DNA of 32,149 bases from an uncultured Acetobacteraceae bacterium (GTDB lineage Bacteria; Pseudomonadota; Alphaproteobacteria; Acetobacterales; Acetobacteraceae). The notes under the pieces are model-generated. The model did no database searches. It was not told the origin of the DNA and was given only the letters and a program-made list of their open reading frames with translations. The translations under genes were made by a program, and so were the position numbers. This document shows positions 28,011-32,149 of the stretch, one piece after another (position 1 is the first letter of the stretch; the number at the start of each line of letters is the position of its first letter). Location: positions 1-32,149 of the forward strand of contig CAXUIR010000001.1 in NCBI GenBank assembly GCA_964251005.1, given 5' to 3'.

Positions 28011-29012
28011 TTAGGACTGAACCTTCACGCCACCGAAGAAACCGAGCGGAGCCGCAAGGCTGTAACTACGAGGATTGGTAGCATAAAGGGCCTGAGCAAG
28101 GTATACCGACGAGACCGGCGCAAAGGTGCCGAACGTGTAATAACGTCGATCGAGCACGTTCTGTGCTTTTGCAAACACCTGAACATGCGGGGCCACGTCG
28201 TAACTCGCGTGCAGGTTCATGACGAAAAACCAGGCAGCCGCGGCGTCAGGTTCGCTTCGTCCCCAAACAGATACTGCCCGCTTTGTAGGACGCCATCGGC
28301 GCCGATATGGCACGCTATCGTGACGTCCAGGTCCAGCCCACCCTTCAGTGTGCTCCGTGGCACACCGGGAAGCTCGTCACCCGGCTTGATCATTATGTTG
28401 CCATCTGCGTTCTTTGCCGGATTGCTGCCGCCGGCTTCGACGTAGCCGGTCTGAAAGGTTGCCTCGGTATAGGTGTAGGCGAGATAGGCGGTAGCGCGGC
28501 TGATCTTGTAGTCGGTGCGAGCCGAGATGCCTTGCCGCCGCGTTTGCCCGACATTGGCGAAGAAGGCACGATTGAGCGTGACACTGTTGACGAAGATGAT
28601 GTCATCGTCGGAGTTTGTGTGAAACAGGCTGAGATCATAATTCAGCCGGGAGTCGTAGGCCAGACTGATACGGCCTCTGACGCCGGCTTCCACGGTGTGG
28701 GCGACGACCTGCCGCAGGTCCGGATCTTCAACGAAAAAATTGGCTAGGCTACAAGAATTCTGTGACGAGGCGCAGGGTGCTACCTTGTAGGTAGCGCCGA
28801 TTGCGGGATTGAAGCGCGAAAAGGCGTGATTGCCGCTGAGATCGCCCCCACCCTGGTCCTGCAAATCAACCTCGGCGAAGTTGAACCGGCCGGAAACGGT
28901 GAGCGCCAACGCAGGCGTGGGATTGATCGTGTCCGAGGCATAGAGGGCAAGATATTTGTCGCTGATCGCCACCCTTACGGGAGCGTTACTGCCCGGCTCG
29001 TCGATGACGACG
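28011..29012 (-). pseudogene. C-terminal remnant of a TonB-dependent receptor
   Basis: FSRFNPAIGATY, CASSQNSCSLANFFVEDPDLRQVVAHT, FANVGQTRRQG, then NVLDRRYYTFGTF...GFFGGVKV in another frame. A 1-nt frameshift falls at the A5 run 28225-28229; there is no plug domain or signal peptide. Confidence 0.88.
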
Positions 29013-29249
29013 AAGGGAGCGGTAGCGAAGCGGGCCGGATCGAAGCCCTACCACTCAAGCACACCAGCACGCCGAACATGACCGCTGAAGAAGGGCCGCC
29101 CGGTATCGCCTAAGATGTCTTCCCAGGATGAGCTTAATCACAAGAGAAGATGAACATGTAGCAGCGCCTCAAGCACCGCAAACGACACGAAGACGCAAGA
29201 TTTCCGAGCGTGTCTGAACATGTGCGATCCTCAACCCACTACGAACTCG

Positions 29250-29745
29250 TCATCTTGGAGCCGGCTTGCACAAGGTGTCGCTCTTCTCTGGACCTGCACG
29301 CACGCAGACCCGAAAGGCTACGGATAGACCCTACATCCCGCATCTACTCGAAGTTGCGTTGCTTGTGCTGGAGTACGGTTGTGCGATGAGCAGGCGGTCG
29401 CTGCCATGCCTCACGACGCAATCGAGGATCAGGGTGCACAGCACGACCTGACCACCGCCAAACACCTCGGTCCGGTTGTAGCCCGGAACGTGTGGGGCAG
29501 CACAGATCCCGGCACGCTAGCCAAACCGCTCTGACGCGAGCGCAAGCAGAGCTTCATCAACCATCTCGCGCCTGCAGACGCCAACGTGCTGCTCGTCTCT
29601 GCAACCGACGACTTACACAACGCTCGCGCCATCAATGCCGACCTGAAGCTACACAGGCTCGCGGTGTTTGACCGGTTTACTAGTGGGCTTGAGGGAATGC
29701 TGTTGTACTAACGAAAGCCTGCTGGAAGTGTTTCGATGGAGTAGG
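29250..29745 (+). pseudogene. Decayed HD-domain small alarmone hydrolase ((p)ppGpp hydrolase/Mesh1-like)
   Basis: QTRKATDRPYIPHLLEVALLVLEYG / HDAIEDQG / KPL*RERKQSFINHL...VLLVSATDDLHNARAI spread over several frames; stop at 29532. Confidence 0.8.
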
Positions 29746-30332
29746 CCATACCTTAGACTCCGCCATCAACCCCGAGCGGGATAGCGTTTATGCGAATTTC
29801 GTATTAGCGGTGCGAACGAGGCGCGGGTATTTCGAACAATAATACTGACTAGCTGGTGGGCACCACAGTGATGTGTCGAGCTGCTCTAAACCTCGCGGCG
29901 TTGGACACGGGACGTTGGCCACCCGCACCGTGTTCGCTCAAGTGTTGCCGAATCCCGAGACGAGCCACATCCAGATCGACATCGGAAAGCCGCTGGATGG
30001 CGCAGTCCCCGCTGAGGTTGGGACCGGAACCAATGAACGCGCGCAGGCTGCTCCGGGGTCGACGGGGCTCGGCGCGCTTCGGGGCGTGCGAGAGGTGCGC
30101 ATCGACATGAAGCACCTGCCTATCTGTGTGAACAGGCATGGAAGAAGGGATGACCACCAGCCCGGTTGCGTGCTCATCGTTCTCGCCGAAATCGTCCTCT
30201 GGCGGTGGGATCTGATCAGAGAGCGGATAATGGACGCGACAATCTTCTGTGCCGCCGCGCAACCGCTACGCTTCGGTCGCGAACTTCAGCCTTTGGCCGC
30301 CTAATCCTGTATCCTGGGGGAACAGACAAGTC

Positions 30333-32149
30333 ATGACTCACTTGCATACTGGACCGCGATGTTTTCTGCTGGCCTGCCTAGTTACAACAGCATTTTCCAG
30401 CACGGCATCGCTCGCAGCACCTGACGACACCGGTGCCGTGCCGGGTGCGCAACCGACAAATACCGGAAAGCCCGCCTCCACCGGCGCCAAGACCGGGCTG
30501 CAGGTCGAGGCCGTCACCGTGACCGCGCAGCGCCGCAGCCAGAACCTGCAGAGCGTCCCGGTGACCGACAACGTATTCACCTCCAGCCAGCTGCTCGCGC
30601 GTCAGGTGATCACCACCGCCGACGTGCTGGCCAACGTCCCGAACGTCGTGGCCTTCAGCGGTTCTGGTTACGGCCAGGCGGACTACTACTTCCGCGGCAT
30701 CGGCGAGAACGACGGCTTTCAGACGTTCAACTCCGCGGTTGCCACCTATATCGATGACGTGGTGGTCAGCCGCCTTGGGGGCGCCAGTTCGGAGCTTCTC
30801 GATCTTGACCGCGTCGAGGTTCTGCAGGGGCCGCAGGGCACCACGTTCGGCTCGAACACGCCCGGCGGTGCCGTGCTGCTGTATTCCAAGAAGCCGACCG
30901 ACACGTTCCACGCCAGCGCGGAAACTGCGTTCGGAACGCATGACCAGAGCGACAGCCGGTTCATGGTCAACGGCAACCTGCTGCCGGGCCTGGACGGCCG
31001 GGCTACCGCCTTCGTGTTTCACAACGACGGTTATCAGAACGACGTCAACACCGGTCAGCGTGGCTATGGCGGTCAGATGAACTGGGGCGTGCGCGGCGCT
31101 CTGCGCTATACGTTCAGCGACACGGTCGACTGGAACGTCGCTTACGATTTTTCGGATCTCGACGGCCAGCGCTACAACGCCGGCACTAACCCCAATTACC
31201 CCAACCAGTTTACCCAGCCGATCGGCATCCTCGGCGGCTCCTACACGGCGCTCACCACCGATCTTAATGATTGTACCAAGGGTGCGTCGGTGATCGCCTG
31301 GGAACACAACAACTGCTCCGGCACCATCACCACGAACCAGGGACTGACATCCAACGTAAAATGGTTCGCCGGGCCCAACCTGAACCTCGAGTTCATTACC
31401 GGCCTCCGACGCGCGACCCAGGACTACACGCTGGATGTCGGCTTCGACTCGCCGTATTCTAATTTGAAGGACCTGGTGCTCGCCAACAGCTCGCTGTTCG
31501 AGCAGTTCTCGCAGGAGATCAAGGCCAGCGGCCGGCTCTTCAACGGCTTCATCAACTATGTTGGCGGCCTCTACGCCTTCAACGAGTGGGACGAGACCAA
31601 CCTCGACGAGTTCTTTCGCTTCGGCACGGCCCTGCGGGCGCCGGCGTCAGCCCGGAGCGATCTATTCCACGAGTATATCCGCAACGGCACGGTGAGCGAG
31701 GCCGCCTATTTGCAGACGGACACCCACCTCACAGACAAGCTCACGCTAACGACCGGCATCCGCTACACGCATGAGCGCGAGCAGGTCGAGGTCAACACGC
31801 GCGATCCGGCGGCGGGCAACGCGCCGATCTACAACACCGCGCAGATCATCGGGCAGCCTGTCCTCTCGACCTACCGCTTCACGCCGAAAGTCGCAATCAG
31901 CTACCAGTTCCTGCCCGACTTTATGGTTTACGGCTCCTATGTGGACGGCTTCCAGGCCGGCGGCTGGAACGGACGCGCCAGCACTGCGGACGAGTTCACC
32001 AGCTTCGGTGTGGAGAAAGCGCAATCATGGGAACTCGGGTGGCGGTCGGAGCTATTCGACCGGCGCCTACGCTTCAACGGCACGTTCTTCTGGGTGAATT
32101 ATAACGGTCTGCAACTCGCTAGCGCTGAGACGATCAACGGCGAGAACAC
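30333..32149 (+). CDS. TonB-dependent receptor (3' end beyond window)
   Basis: ATG 30333, signal peptide, VEAVTVTAQRRSQNLQSVP and DRVEVLQGPQGTTFG; apparently open to the window end, so absent from the ORF track. Confidence 0.93.
   Translation, partial: MTHLHTGPRCFLLACLVTTAFSSTASLAAPDDTGAVPGAQPTNTGKPASTGAKTGLQVEAVTVTAQRRSQNLQSVPVTDNVFTSSQLLARQVITTADVLANVPNVVAFSGSGYGQADYYFRGIGENDGFQTFNSAVATYIDDVVVSRLGGASSELLDLDRVEVLQGPQGTTFGSNTPGGAVLLYSKKPTDTFHASAETAFGTHDQSDSRFMVNGNLLPGLDGRATAFVFHNDGYQNDVNTGQRGYGGQMNWGVRGALRYTFSDTVDWNVAYDFSDLDGQRYNAGTNPNYPNQFTQPIGILGGSYTALTTDLNDCTKGASVIAWEHNNCSGTITTNQGLTSNVKWFAGPNLNLEFITGLRRATQDYTLDVGFDSPYSNLKDLVLANSSLFEQFSQEIKASGRLFNGFINYVGGLYAFNEWDETNLDEFFRFGTALRAPASARSDLFHEYIRNGTVSEAAYLQTDTHLTDKLTLTTGIRYTHEREQVEVNTRDPAAGNAPIYNTAQIIGQPVLSTYRFTPKVAISYQFLPDFMVYGSYVDGFQAGGWNGRASTADEFTSFGVEKAQSWELGWRSELFDRRLRFNGTFFWVNYNGLQLASAETINGEN

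Noticed and set aside
29873-30304. 143-aa ORF upstream of the last TBDR
   Set aside because: No recognisable motif or RBS, and it overlaps similar-sized ORFs on both strands.

Overview
High-GC bacterial window, plausibly Alphaproteobacteria (Acetobacteraceae-like by gene content; this is inference). The left half (1-17.4 kb) holds functionally unrelated gene blocks: an operon of three SPFH (HflK/HflC-like) genes plus a P1B-type ATPase, a lone ZnuA-like binding protein, a secreted alpha/beta hydrolase, a TonB-dependent receptor, a PQQ quinohemoprotein dehydrogenase and a Tat-type glycerophosphodiesterase. These blocks are separated by about 12 full or partial copies of a modular palindromic repeat. 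Each copy has an A/T-tract cloverleaf core with covarying stems, inside interchangeable TACC...GGTA inverted-repeat shells. The right half carries an organic-acid catabolic cluster (GntR, LeuC/LeuD-like hydratase, ICL/PEP-mutase-family lyase, DUF1302, PrpF, PrpD remnant). Its divergent promoter region is duplicated (~570 bp), with reciprocal gene decay, around a lysR (frameshifted)-tauD insert. A zone of pseudogenes and a 3'-incomplete TonB-dependent receptor follow. No rRNA, tRNA, CRISPR array or transposase was seen.
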